Below, piece by piece: positions 28,670 to 39,238 of a DNA stretch of 64,000 nt; the stretch's first letter is position 1; each line of letters opens with the position of its first letter. This DNA is from Nitrospinales bacterium (lineage in GTDB: Bacteria; Nitrospinota; Nitrospinia; Nitrospinales; VA-1): contig OZ253496.1 of NCBI GenBank assembly GCA_965262115.1, positions 1,088,001-1,152,000 of the forward strand, written 5' to 3'. The position numbers were made by a program, and so were the translations under genes. A model generated the notes under the pieces. The model had not been told where the DNA came from. It worked only from the letters and a program-made list of their open reading frames with translations, and did no database searches.

Positions 28670-29725
28670 TCAGACGGCGGCATGCTTCCACAATTGATTC
28701 AGCGCTGGAAGCAATCCCCAGCAAACGGTTTGACCGTATAAGGAGTTCTCGCCCTGATCCCGAATCAGTCGGCGATGCGCCTCTCCCAATGCGTGATAAG
28801 GCAGATCGGGAAACAGGTGATGCGTCGCATGAAAGCGAAGACCCACTGGCGCCCATAAAGGAGTCATCCATCTATTCCCGGGGATATTGACCGAGTCCAG
28901 CATTTGACTTGGGTAGCTCATCGCATTTTCCTTGGGGTTTTGATAGCGGTGAGCCCCCAAGGTTCTGATGGAATTAATCATAAAAATCAACGCTCCAACA
29001 CAGTACCACAGGAACAGGGTCATCGCAGGAATAATTTTTGCCAGGATGGCCCCCAAAAATGCCCAGGCAAAAAGACACGCCAAAAACTCCTGGATTTTCC
29101 AACCTTCCATATTCTTCCAGGAAGACTCCGGCCGCCGATAATCCAGATCGATAACCAGCGCTGACATCCTGGCCATCAGGAATGATCTCAGCCTTTTATT
29201 GACCAAAGATAATGGAGTTAAAACGGAAAAACGCGCTAAAAATAAAATCGGAACCAAAAAAGAAAAAAGAACATGAATGACAATCCATCTTCTTCCTTTT
29301 AAAGCGAAGGGAAAATATTCCCCATCTTTTTCAGTTCCATAAAAATTCTGTTTATGGTGATCTAAGTGAACGAACTGATAAAGAAAAACGGGAACCATAA
29401 GAGGGAAACCACAAAGTATATTCCAGACCCAACTGAACATCTTGAAGGCGCCCTTTTTGAAATGAACAATTTCATGGATGAATAAAACCGCCCGATACAA
29501 AGCCAGGCAGGAGAGAGTCACAAAAAGAATTTGCCGGGAAGAAAAAACCGGAGCCATGAAGGCAAGAACAAAAGCACCCCACCCAAGAATGGCGCTAAAC
29601 AAAAAATCCAACCAGTAAATAATGGGATTAGGCCGAAAGAGATCTTTCACCAGTTCTCTTGCCCTGCCCATCGGGAAACTTTCTCGCTCCTGCTGTAAAT
29701 TTTCATGGGCCTGTTGAGTCAACAC
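28670..29725 (-). CDS. Membrane His-box fatty acid desaturase/hydroxylase (CerH-like candidate)
   Basis: HEIVH, HLDHH and HATHH His boxes; immediately upstream of spt. Confidence 0.8.
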   Translation of the reverse strand: MLTQQAHENLQQERESFPMGRARELVKDLFRPNPIIYWLDFLFSAILGWGAFVLAFMAPVFSSRQILFVTLSCLALYRAVLFIHEIVHFKKGAFKMFSWVWNILCGFPLMVPVFLYQFVHLDHHKQNFYGTEKDGEYFPFALKGRRWIVIHVLFSFLVPILFLARFSVLTPLSLVNKRLRSFLMARMSALVIDLDYRRPESSWKNMEGWKIQEFLACLFAWAFLGAILAKIIPAMTLFLWYCVGALIFMINSIRTLGAHRYQNPKENAMSYPSQMLDSVNIPGNRWMTPLWAPVGLRFHATHHLFPDLPYHALGEAHRRLIRDQGENSLYGQTVCWGLLPALNQLWKHAAV

Positions 29726-29752
29726 AGTGGTCCTGTTTGTAATTACGGGTTG

Positions 29753-30091
29753 CTAATTTTTTTCCGCGCAGGATACGCACAGAACATTTTCCGGCATGAG
29801 CATGATACGTCCTTCTGGAATCGGGTTGGCACAACGGGCGCAGATTCCAAAATCCGGCAAGTCCACCTTGCTCAGAGCTTTTTCAAGCTTAAGCAGCTTG
29901 GACTTCGACGAATTCAACGAAGCCTCGCTTATGCCCTGACTGCCGAGTGCCTCCATTCGAGTGAGACGGCCTATGGCGTTGTCCGGAGCAACTGGCTTGG
30001 AGGTTAGGGTGAAAGTTTCTATCAGGTGCTTTTGCACCTCGATCTCCTCAACGATTTTCTTTTTAAGTTCCGCTCTACCTTCATCATCCAT
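29753..30091 (-). CDS. TraR/DksA C4-type zinc finger protein
   Basis: GRLTRMEA, FGICARC...I...R...P....CVSC. Confidence 0.88.
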   Translation of the reverse strand: MDDEGRAELKKKIVEEIEVQKHLIETFTLTSKPVAPDNAIGRLTRMEALGSQGISEASLNSSKSKLLKLEKALSKVDLPDFGICARCANPIPEGRIMLMPENVLCVSCAEKN

Positions 30092-30124
30092 ACACGATCC
30101 TACCATTAATGCGTAAAATTCGGG

Positions 30125-30922
30125 CTATTTTGAGGCAGGAACAAATCCGGACATCGCGCATCTCTGCGCCAACAAGGGAGTGAAACGGTCAGTATCCTGG
30201 GAAAGCTCTTCCATAAACTCATTAGCCAGATTCTGGTCTTCAAAGCATTCATAAATATCATCCAGAAATCCGCCGCGCAAAAGCGGATGTTCGAGGAAAT
30301 CCCGTCCGGACCGGGTAAAAATTTCCAACGGCCATTCGGTCACCTCGACCTGCTCCAGACCCAGTTCCTCCAGCCATTGTTTTGCCTGATTGGCGGAAGG
30401 ACGTTCCTCTATATACTCCGCCAAGGATTTTCGTTCCTTGACCAGGTTTCCTCGTTTCATCTCCTCGTCCACGAGGTTCCATAAAGAGTCAAAGTTTCCC
30501 AGCGAGGGAAACGTCAGCACAATTTGTCCACCTGGCTTTAAGAATCGGACCAGATTGCTGAGAGCCTCAAAACGATTCGGGCGAAAAAACATGAAAGAGA
30601 GGTTGCCGGTGATGCAGTTAAAATTGGGAAGTATCGGGGGCAAAAAACGCATGTCCCCCACCTCAAACTGCAACCAGGGCAGATGCTGGCCTTGAATTGA
30701 CCGGGAACGAAGCACCTGGGACTGATGGATATCAATAGCCAGAACGCTTCCTTGAGGTCCTACCTGTTCCGCCAGATGAAACGCCGGGATCCCTCCCCCG
30801 GCAGCGATGTCCAGCACCGAGTCACCCGGATTTAACTGCAGTTTATGCATTAACAGTTGTGCAAAAGGGGTGGACCAGGGGTCGTTTTCAGGCAAAGGCC
30901 AGGATGGGGTCATGAGATTCAC
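30125..30922 (-). CDS. Class I SAM-dependent methyltransferase
   Basis: VLDIAAGGG, AIDI, GDM and LKPGG motifs. Confidence 0.85.
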   Translation of the reverse strand: MNLMTPSWPLPENDPWSTPFAQLLMHKLQLNPGDSVLDIAAGGGIPAFHLAEQVGPQGSVLAIDIHQSQVLRSRSIQGQHLPWLQFEVGDMRFLPPILPNFNCITGNLSFMFFRPNRFEALSNLVRFLKPGGQIVLTFPSLGNFDSLWNLVDEEMKRGNLVKERKSLAEYIEERPSANQAKQWLEELGLEQVEVTEWPLEIFTRSGRDFLEHPLLRGGFLDDIYECFEDQNLANEFMEELSQDTDRFTPLLAQRCAMSGFVPASK

Positions 30923-30953
30923 TTTCTATTCCACCTGGCCTCGCCCGGTGGAC

Positions 30954-31073
30954 GTGATATTTGTGATGTCCTTTTCGTTAAACTTCATGCCCGGCACGGG
31001 TACTTCCTAAGCTCTTACCCGTTCCGGGCATGAAGGCAAGTGTTGGATATGCCACATGTGCCCCGCAGAGGTA
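30954..31073. repeat. Three nested 40-nt element copies
   Basis: Copies at 30963-31002 (-) and 31016-31055 (+) interrupt a third (-) copy whose pieces sum to 40 nt. Confidence 0.75.
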
Positions 31074-31173
31074 AATGGGAAAAATATCTATTGCCGGACA
31101 GATACTCATTCAATACCTAAGTCAATCCGGTTATGATTGAAACAATATTATTCTACCGGATAAACAATCCCGC

Positions 31174-31965
31174 ATGGGTATTTTTACGGATGACAAGCTC
31201 CCCGACTCATACGCCCTCTGCCTTCTTGGCCACGGAAGTCGGGACCCCGAAGGCATTGAGGAATTCCTGATCCTGTGGAAAAAATTGCGCGAAAGAAATT
31301 TTTGTCAGATCACTGAAGCCGGATTTCTGGAATTCTCCAAGCCCACTGTCGCCGAAGCTTTATCCACATGCCAGAGCAACGGCATTAAAAACATTATTAT
31401 ATTGCCGAGTATTTTATTTTCCGGTGAACACACGCAAAGAGATATCCCGGACACAATCCGCGAAGTATGCCGAGACCATCCTGAAATCAATCTAATTTTT
31501 TCAGAGCCACTGGGTACGCAACCTGAGATTATAGAAGTCTGCCAGGTACGCATCAAGGAAGGCGAAAAACTTTCCCAAAAATCCATTCTCCGGTCAGAAA
31601 CATTGCTCATGATCGTGGGCCATGGAAGCCGCGACACAGATTTTAACTCTCAAGTCGACAAAAACCTGTTCCAGTTGGGGGAAAAACTGGGCTTCGGCAA
31701 AACCATTATCTGCTTTGCAGGAACCTCTCAACATTCTCTGGAAGACATGCAAGAAAAATTTGACCCGCAAGGATTTCACCGTGTCATTCTATTGCCCTTT
31801 TTTTTGTTCACTGGCGTCTGGGTCAAACGCGTACATGGCCTTGCCGACACTTTTCAGAAAAAATACCCGGATATCGAATTTCTCAAAGCCCCCTGCCTCA
31901 AGCATCATGATATAATTGTAAATACATTGATTCAACGTGCAAGGAAAAGTGTTTTTAACAAGTAA
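31174..31965 (+). CDS. cbiX: Sirohydrochlorin (cobalto)chelatase, two-domain CbiX type
   Basis: Two GHGSRD motifs, FLEF..P, LF.G.H...DIP, PFFLFTG. Confidence 0.85.
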   Translation: MGIFTDDKLPDSYALCLLGHGSRDPEGIEEFLILWKKLRERNFCQITEAGFLEFSKPTVAEALSTCQSNGIKNIIILPSILFSGEHTQRDIPDTIREVCRDHPEINLIFSEPLGTQPEIIEVCQVRIKEGEKLSQKSILRSETLLMIVGHGSRDTDFNSQVDKNLFQLGEKLGFGKTIICFAGTSQHSLEDMQEKFDPQGFHRVILLPFFLFTGVWVKRVHGLADTFQKKYPDIEFLKAPCLKHHDIIVNTLIQRARKSVFNK

Positions 31966-31982
31966 GTCTGAATTGAAAGGTA

Positions 31983-32606
31983 ATGTTTTTTATGATCAAA
32001 GAAATCCTACCTAATTTATATAACTGGAGCGAATACTCCGAAGAAAAAAAACTGGACTTTAATGGTTACCTGATAATTGGAAAGGACGAGTCCGTTATTA
32101 TAGATCCTCCTGATTTAGGAAAGGATGATAAGGAAGAATTAGACAACCTTATAAATAGTCATTCATCCTGCCCGTTAAGGGGAATATTGTTGACCAATGT
32201 TCACCATGAAAGAGCCAGCAGTTTATTAAAAAATCGATTTTCTGTCCCGGTTTGGGTGAATGCGCTGGACAAAGAAGCGTTGGAAGTGCCCACCGATAAA
32301 ACCTTTCAGGGAGGAGACAATTTGTTTTGCGGTATCCAGGCGATTCAATTGGGCCATCAAAAGTCACCGGGTGAAACGGCTTTTTATATGACAGACCAAA
32401 ATATCATGCTAGTGGGAGATGCTTTGATCGGCAAAGTTCCTGGTCAGGTAAATATGTTACCCTCAGACAAATACCAAGACCCTGTAAAAGCCAAGGCCGG
32501 TTTGAATCGACTGATGGATTTTGAATTTGAAACATTATTAGTTGGAGATGGGGTGTCAATATTAAAGGCTGCTAAAGAAGCTGTGAAGACTTTTCTTGCT
32601 AACTGA
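31983..32606 (+). CDS. MBL-fold protein
   Basis: IIDPP, LTNVHHER, SPGE, VGDALIG and LLVGDG; degenerate metal motif. Confidence 0.75.
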   Translation: MFFMIKEILPNLYNWSEYSEEKKLDFNGYLIIGKDESVIIDPPDLGKDDKEELDNLINSHSSCPLRGILLTNVHHERASSLLKNRFSVPVWVNALDKEALEVPTDKTFQGGDNLFCGIQAIQLGHQKSPGETAFYMTDQNIMLVGDALIGKVPGQVNMLPSDKYQDPVKAKAGLNRLMDFEFETLLVGDGVSILKAAKEAVKTFLAN

Positions 32607-32681
32607 CTTATAAAGCCAATATCAGTTTAGTTTTTTTGGGCTAACAGGAAATGCGGGTCGTCAGGTTTAGGAAGAAACATT

Positions 32682-33452
32682 ATGATCTGGGTTTTGTCGC
32701 AAAATCATATCTTGAAAAATTGCATGGGCGGGTTAGCCGTTTTATTCTTCCTTGCCGTTTCGCCCCCGGCTCAATCGCAAACCTCAATATTCCCAGACAT
32801 GGTACGGATCGAAGCAGACTGTTTCATCATGGGAAGCGAGGAGTTCATCGTCGAGGAACCGGAGCACAAGGTTTGCCTCAATGCCTATTACCTTGAAGTT
32901 CACGAAGTCACCCAGAAAAAATTTGAGAGCGTCCTGGGCTACAACCCGTCCCATTTCAAAGGGCCGGACCTGCCGGTGGAAAACATTTCATGGCCTGAAG
33001 CCGACAATTATTGCCGAACCTTCGCGGGTCGGCTCCCGACCGAAGCAGAGTGAGAATATGCTGCGCGGGCAGGCTCTACTGCCGCTTTTTCCTGGGGATG
33101 GGACATGGACGACGCCTCCGCCTGGCATCGGGGCAATTCGCAAAACGGCACACACCCGATAGGACAAAAAAAGGCTAATCCCTTAGGCTTTCACGATATG
33201 AACGGCAATGTCTGGGAATGGGTCGGCGACTGGTACCGCGAAGATTATTATGAGGTGAGCGCCCTGTCGGAACCGGCGGACAATCCACTGGGACCCACCA
33301 CCGGACAGTTTGTCATCCTTCGCGGCGGTTCGTTTGAGGATGAAGCTTATTTTCTAAGATCGGCCTCTCGCTACTGGTATCCACCCACTCTGAAACACCA
33401 CAACCTAGGGTTTAGATGCGCCCTCAATCCGCCACAGGAGAATCCACAATGA
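32682..33452 (+). pseudogene. FGE-sulfatase (SUMF1-like) domain protein with an in-frame TGA
   Basis: RLPTEAE*EYAARAG, where W is expected, at 33051-33053; DMNGNVWEW, RGGS and GFRC follow in frame. Confidence 0.85.
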
Positions 33453-33825
33453 GAAAGATTGTTCCTCACCAGCATTCTTTTATCCCTTCTTCTCAGCCCA
33501 CAGGAAGGCTGGGCGGAAACGGTGGAGGTAGAAATCATCAAATCGGTGTTCATTCCCGCAGTCATTAAAGTCAAGAAAGGCGATACGATTCGGTTGGGTC
33601 AATACGGAAGAGCTTCTGCACACAGTAACGAGCGGAAAGGCACCCCAGTCTGACGGCAAATTCAACGCCGCCTACGTTAAAAAAGATTTTGAGGTCACCC
33701 TCGATAATGCAGGGTTCTTCGATTATTACTGCGAACTGCACCCGGCCATCATGCGTGGGGTGGTTATCGTCGACCAGACATCGCCCGGTGGAAATGAGAA
33801 ACCCACTAGCGGTGGCAGCAGATAA
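33449..33825 (+). pseudogene. Plastocyanin/amicyanin-like cupredoxin, frameshifted
   Basis: KGDTIR then a shifted frame WVN...HTVT...YYCELHPAIM.G with type-1 Cu ligands H, C, H, M; second shift near the start. Confidence 0.8.
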
Positions 33826-33838
33826 CACCGTTGCACAT

Positions 33839-35452
33839 TCAGGTATTGCTCACACCTCCATAAGAAATTCCCGACAGGTTCGCCATATTCTGGTCCCAAG
33901 TTGTCAAGTCATTGAGTTGGAATTCATTGACATGTCTGTGACCACAAGCTCTTGCCATTACGTTTATCAACTCAACGGATGCCTAAAAAAAGTTTTTGAG
34001 ACGGTTGGCAGATTCTTCAACGATCAACCTTTGCCTCAGGTGATCTTTCTGAGTAGCAATGCCAACGGGACAATTGTTGGTGTGGCAGGCCCGCATTCCT
34101 ATACAACCGATGGCCTGTATGGCCGAGTTGGAAAGGGCAATCGCATCCGCCCCTAAAGCAAGAGCCTTGGCAAAGTCGGCGGGGATTCTTAATCTGCCCG
34201 TGATGATTAACGTCACATCTTTTTCCCACAGGCTGTCTAGGTGGCACCTTGCTCTGGCTAGAGCCGGAATGGTGGGAACAGAAATGTTGTCGCGAAAAAG
34301 AAGCGGTGCCGCTCCCGTTCCACCACCACGTCCATCAAGGATAATGTAATCGACGCCAACTTCTATAGCAGCATCAATATCCTTTTCAATATGCTGTGCC
34401 GAGAGCTTATATCCAATAGGAATACCTCCGGTTGCCTCTCGAACTTGGGCCGCAAACTCCTTGATCGGTTTGATATCTGTCCAATCAGGAAAACGCGGTG
34501 GAGAAATTGCGGCCTCCCCTTCTTTTAATCCTCGCACCTCAGCGATTTTCCCCGTAACTTTATGTCCAGGCAAGTGACCACCAGTGCCGGTCTTAGCGCC
34601 CTGCCCCCCTTTAAAATGAAACGCCTGACATTGTTTAACTTTATCCATCGAATACCCGAATCGGCCGGAGGCAAGTTCGTAGAAATATCTGCTGTTGGCA
34701 CCCTGCTCTTCAGGAAGCATTCCGCCCTCCCCGCTACAGATACCGGTACCTGCCATTTCCGCACCCATCGCCAATGCGATTTTGGCTTCTTCAGAGAGCG
34801 CTCCGAAACTCATATCAGAAACAAATAAAGGAATGTCCAACTTAAGGGGTTTACATGCTCTGGGACCTATAACAACTTCTGTGCCGACCGGCTCATCATC
34901 CAACAAAGGCATGGTCGCTAATTGCGCCGTGACAAATTGGATATCTTCCCATTTTGGAAGCTCCTGCCGAGGCACACCCATCGCCGCAACGCGACCATGG
35001 TGCCCCAGTTTGGATAAACCATCTTTGGCCAGTTTCTGAATAAAACCCGTATGCGGTTCTGCATCTGTCCCGTGAATGTCCACATAGAGCCCCAAGTATT
35101 CGTCTCGATTGTAAGGCTGTGGATTTTCTTTCTCCCATTCTAATATTTCTGTTTCATCCACCAGAACATGGCCATCCTCGACCCAGGCAGAGAATTTTTG
35201 CAATCTTTCGTCATTGTCATATTCGCTGATGCCGGTTTCATATTTAAAATCCCATTGATGAACGCCGCAAATGAGATTTTGGCCTTGGATATGTCCATCC
35301 GCCAGTAGCGCACCGCGGTGAAGACATCGTCCGTATAAAACAGAAACCTCGTTATCATAACGAACAGCGACCAAGTCCACGTTCGCCACCAAAGCATAGG
35401 AAGGTTCACGAACTTTCAAGCCACTCCAGTCAGCAATCACTACCTTTTTCAT
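33839..35452 (-). pseudogene. Rieske-domain-fused FMN glutamate-synthase-related protein with an in-frame TAG
   Basis: CLHRG...CGVH Rieske; MSFGALS, GQGAK.G.GG.LPG.KV, CIGMRACHTNNCP; TAG at 33983-33985 followed in frame by ASVEL..VMARACGH. Confidence 0.85.
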
Positions 35453-35651
35453 TTAGTTTTCCTCATATTTGAGTTACTCCGGAAAGTAAACTATCATCAT
35501 TTCTGTCTATATTCCAAATTAGGTAAGTTTTGAACATATCAATTCTCAAAGTTTGTCGAAAAAGCGAAAAGATTCTTACATTGATTTCATCAATAAAAAT
35601 TGCGATTATTGGCCTAATTTAAATCATCCGCGCTAAAACTGAGGAACGATT

Positions 35652-36215
35652 ATGAGTGAGGAACTGATAGCAAACCTTGGGCCCTTGGCCCCACTGGCAG
35701 GCACCTGGGAAGGCAATAAGGGAGACGATATTGCCCCCGACGAAAACCCCAGGGAAATAGAGAACAATAAATATCGCAAGCGATTAGTGCTGGAGCCTTT
35801 CGATCCGGTCGATAACCACGCGCAGACTCTTTACGGATTGAGGTATTCGACCACAGCATGGCGGTTGGACAAAGACAAACCCTTTCATGAAGAATTGGGG
35901 TACTGGCTTTGGGATCCTGCAGAAAAACAGGTGCTTCGATGTTTCATCGTACCCCGTGGCGTGACGGTGATCGCAGGCGGCACGGTGGAACCGGATGCAC
36001 GAGAATTCAAATTAGCCGCCGATGCGGGATCGGAAACTTACGGCATCTGCTCCAACCAGTTCCTTGATCGGGAATTCAAAACAATTCGCTATGATCTGAA
36101 GGTTACCATCCACGATGAAAACAGCTTCAGTTATGAAGAAGACACTCAACTCCAGATCAAAGGCCAGAGCGAACCGTTTCACCACACCGACAAAAACACC
36201 CTGAAACGGGTCTGA
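35652..36215 (+). CDS. Nitrobindin/DUF1794 heme-binding beta-barrel protein
   Basis: LGPLAPLAGTWEG, FHEE.GYWLW and C-terminal HTDKNTL. Confidence 0.8.
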   Translation: MSEELIANLGPLAPLAGTWEGNKGDDIAPDENPREIENNKYRKRLVLEPFDPVDNHAQTLYGLRYSTTAWRLDKDKPFHEELGYWLWDPAEKQVLRCFIVPRGVTVIAGGTVEPDAREFKLAADAGSETYGICSNQFLDREFKTIRYDLKVTIHDENSFSYEEDTQLQIKGQSEPFHHTDKNTLKRV

Positions 36216-36339
36216 ATATCAACAGATATGGCCTTAGTTTATTGGAATATATCGGCAGAAGGGAATATATTAATTATAGAAATTGTTTCCTTAATATAGA
36301 GGAGCCTATTTCTTCTAAAACCCGATACCAAAAAGAGCC

Positions 36340-36819
36340 ATGCTGATTTCGCCAATAGACCGTAATAAAGAACCGGATCCGGAGAAACATATAGGCCGGA
36401 TCAATTCTCCTTACTGGACCCTGCCCAGCTATGGCAGATTGGGTGCTCCTCAAAACTTCAATCCATCCCATTCCGGTGAAGGCATCATATTAAGGGTGAG
36501 GGATGCCCGCCTGAATGAGCGGCGCAAACATCTTTCCCCACATGAATCACCGGCACAGGAACGGCGCCAAAGAAATAACCGTACGCACAATGCCCACCCT
36601 TCCAACCATCACGTTCTGGTTATCGCTCTCGAACGCAAAGCCGGAGAGCCCGACCCTTGGAAAGCCGGAGACCGCGTGTCCGTCGTTTCCAAATCCCAAA
36701 CCACGGCTCCGAATCCTCAAAGTAATGCACAACCCGACACCCCAAAACCTCCTTTACTGACCAAAGATGAGGGAGACTATGTTTTACACCTCAGCAAAGA
36801 TCATCCCCCTGAAGTTTAG
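36340..36819 (+). CDS. Hypothetical protein
   Basis: 159-aa ORF filling the gap; ERR motifs, low-complexity tail. Confidence 0.5.
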   Translation: MLISPIDRNKEPDPEKHIGRINSPYWTLPSYGRLGAPQNFNPSHSGEGIILRVRDARLNERRKHLSPHESPAQERRQRNNRTHNAHPSNHHVLVIALERKAGEPDPWKAGDRVSVVSKSQTTAPNPQSNAQPDTPKPPLLTKDEGDYVLHLSKDHPPEV

Positions 36820-37084
36820 CGTTTCTGTTTTATTGAAAACCAAGAACAGCAGCCATTCCCCTCCTCTGCATCCTGCGCACAAGGCATGTTCCATAAAAAA
36901 TTGAAATTTCCCTGGCCATGATTCGCGCCTGAAAAACAATTGGCTCGGTCAAAAATTTCCTTGATCCTTCACTTATTTGTAATGTTTTGGTACCTTCATA
37001 CGACTGTATGTGAACTGATATTCATCAAGTGGCTTTGTCTAACCATTAGCTGGCTTCAGAAAAAAATTAGCCGAGGAAAAGGAT

Positions 37085-39220
37085 ATGAAAAAAATAATTA
37101 TACTAGGGCTCATTGGCGGTTTATTTTGGGCTTTTTCCTACTTTGATCTCGGTCATTACTTAACCCTTGAATATATAAAAGAGCAGCAAACCAATTTCTC
37201 AGCTTTTTATAAGGAAAACACTTTATTAGCGATTAGTGCCTATTGCGCAGTTTATATTGTGACGACGGCTCTTTCCCTTCCAGGAGCCGCCCTCATGACA
37301 TTGCTTGGCGGCGCTTTGTTCGGGTTGGTGACCGGAACGATTCTGGTTTCATTTTCCAGCACCATCGGCGCGACTCTCGCTTTTCTGGTCTCACGTTTAC
37401 TACTCCGAGACTGGGTTCAAGGTAAGTTTGGCAGTCACCTGAAATCATTCAATGACGGTATCCAAAAGGACGGAGCTTTTTATCTGTTCACACTCCGATT
37501 GATTCCTGCCGTTCCCTTCTTCATCATTAATCTGGTCATGGGTCTGACCCCCATGAAGACGTTATCATTTTTTCTGGTGAGCCAGGTCGGAATGCTGGCA
37601 GGCACCCTTGTTTTTGTAAATGCTGGGACACAACTCGCTCAAATCGAATCTATCGGGGGCATTCTTTCCGCAGAAATTATCTTTTCATTTGTCTTGTTAG
37701 GGATTTTCCCGTTGCTGGCCAAAAAACTTATAAGTTTCTATAAAGGAAGAAAAGTTATGAGTAAGTTTAAAAAACCAACATCCTTCGATTACAATATGGT
37801 GGTGATCGGGGCTGGGGCCGCTGGCTTGGTCACCAGCTATATCGGGGCAGCAACCAAGGGAAAAGTTGCATTAATAGAAAAACACAAAATGGGTGGGGAC
37901 TGCCTGAATACGGGGTGCGTCCCCAGTAAAGCGCTCATCCGGTCAGCCAAATTCATGGCCGATGCCAGGAAATGCCAAAAACTCGGATTCAAAAGCGCCC
38001 AGATTGAATTTGATTTTGCCGATGTGATGGAGCGGGTCCAACGGGTCATCAGAACCATTGAGCCGCATGACTCCATCGAGCGATACACCTCTTTGGGAGT
38101 CGAATGCCACACCGGCGAAGCCAAAATTTTGTCTCCTTACGAAGTGTCGGTGAATGGGAAAACTCTCACCACAAGGAATATTGTCGTTGGAACCGGAGCT
38201 CGCCCTGCCATTCCCGCGATTGAGGGCATTGAAGATGTCGCCTACCTGACCTCAGATACCGTTTGGGATATTCGCGAAAAACCGGAAAAGCTGCTGGTGC
38301 TGGGTGGTGGACCTATTGGTTCTGAACTGACCCAGGCGTTTGCCCGGCTGGGATGTTCCGTGACCCAGGTTCAGCGTAACAAGCAGCTGATTCCAAAAGA
38401 AGACCCTGAAATATCACAAATGGTTTTAGAAAGTTTCCAAAGCGAAGGAATCAATGTATTGACAGCACACACTCCCAAAAAATTCTTCAAATGCGATGGA
38501 AAAGATTTTCTGCAATGTGAGAATAATGGCAACTCTGTGGAAGTCGAGTTTGACACCCTCCTGATCGCACTGGGAAGAAAAGCCAACACAGCAGGATTTG
38601 GGTTGGAAGAACTAGGCATTGAGTTGACCCCCCAGAAAACAATAAAAGTTGATGCATACATGAAAACCAACATCCCAAATATTTATGCCTGTGGGGATGT
38701 TGCCGGACCCTACCAGTTCACCCATATAGCAGCCCACCAGGCATGGTATTGCGCGGTCAATTCGATGATAAGCCCCTTCTATAGTTTTAAAGTCGACTAC
38801 AGCACCGTTCCATGGTCAACTTTTACCGACCCGGAGGTGGCTCGGTCCGGACTGAATGAACTGGAAGCCAAGGAACAGGGAATCCCCTATGAGGTCACCA
38901 CTTATGGGATTGATGATCTGGACCGTGCTATTGCAGATGAAGCGGCGCATGGAATTGTTAAAGTGTTGACGGTCCCAGGAAAAGACAAAATCATCGGTGT
39001 CACCATTGCGGGACTACATGCCGGCGATATCATTTCAGAGTATGTCGCCGCGATGAAAAATGGATTTGGCATGAACAAAATCCTCGGTACGATTCACATC
39101 TACCCCACCCTGGCAGAAGCGAATAAATTCGCCGCCGGTAACTGGAAAAAGAATCAGGTTTCAGAAAGCACTTTGGCCTGGGGGGAGAGAATCAACCGCT
39201 GGCGGAGAGATTATTTTTAG
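37085..39220 (+). CDS. TVP38/VTT (DedA-like) membrane domain fused to pyridine nucleotide-disulfide oxidoreductase
   Basis: LSLPGA..., LRLIP.VPF..IN; GAGAAG, GGDCLNTGCVPSK and HIYPT. Confidence 0.9.
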   Translation: MKKIIILGLIGGLFWAFSYFDLGHYLTLEYIKEQQTNFSAFYKENTLLAISAYCAVYIVTTALSLPGAALMTLLGGALFGLVTGTILVSFSSTIGATLAFLVSRLLLRDWVQGKFGSHLKSFNDGIQKDGAFYLFTLRLIPAVPFFIINLVMGLTPMKTLSFFLVSQVGMLAGTLVFVNAGTQLAQIESIGGILSAEIIFSFVLLGIFPLLAKKLISFYKGRKVMSKFKKPTSFDYNMVVIGAGAAGLVTSYIGAATKGKVALIEKHKMGGDCLNTGCVPSKALIRSAKFMADARKCQKLGFKSAQIEFDFADVMERVQRVIRTIEPHDSIERYTSLGVECHTGEAKILSPYEVSVNGKTLTTRNIVVGTGARPAIPAIEGIEDVAYLTSDTVWDIREKPEKLLVLGGGPIGSELTQAFARLGCSVTQVQRNKQLIPKEDPEISQMVLESFQSEGINVLTAHTPKKFFKCDGKDFLQCENNGNSVEVEFDTLLIALGRKANTAGFGLEELGIELTPQKTIKVDAYMKTNIPNIYACGDVAGPYQFTHIAAHQAWYCAVNSMISPFYSFKVDYSTVPWSTFTDPEVARSGLNELEAKEQGIPYEVTTYGIDDLDRAIADEAAHGIVKVLTVPGKDKIIGVTIAGLHAGDIISEYVAAMKNGFGMNKILGTIHIYPTLAEANKFAAGNWKKNQVSESTLAWGERINRWRRDYF

Positions 39221-39238
39221 GTGGGTGAAAGCCAAACT

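Noticed and set aside
30954..31073. CRISPR-like mini-array (conserved half plus variable half)
   Set aside because: Copies are in opposite orientations, nested and dispersed; there is no regular direct repeat-spacer array and no cas gene in the window
33051..33053. Selenocysteine or TGA=Trp recoding
   Set aside because: The position is a conserved Trp, not Cys; many intact genes here end in TGA and use TGG; the other lesions are TAG and TAA
37085..39220. merA mercury resistance
   Set aside because: No C-terminal CC pair, no NmerA domain and no mer operon
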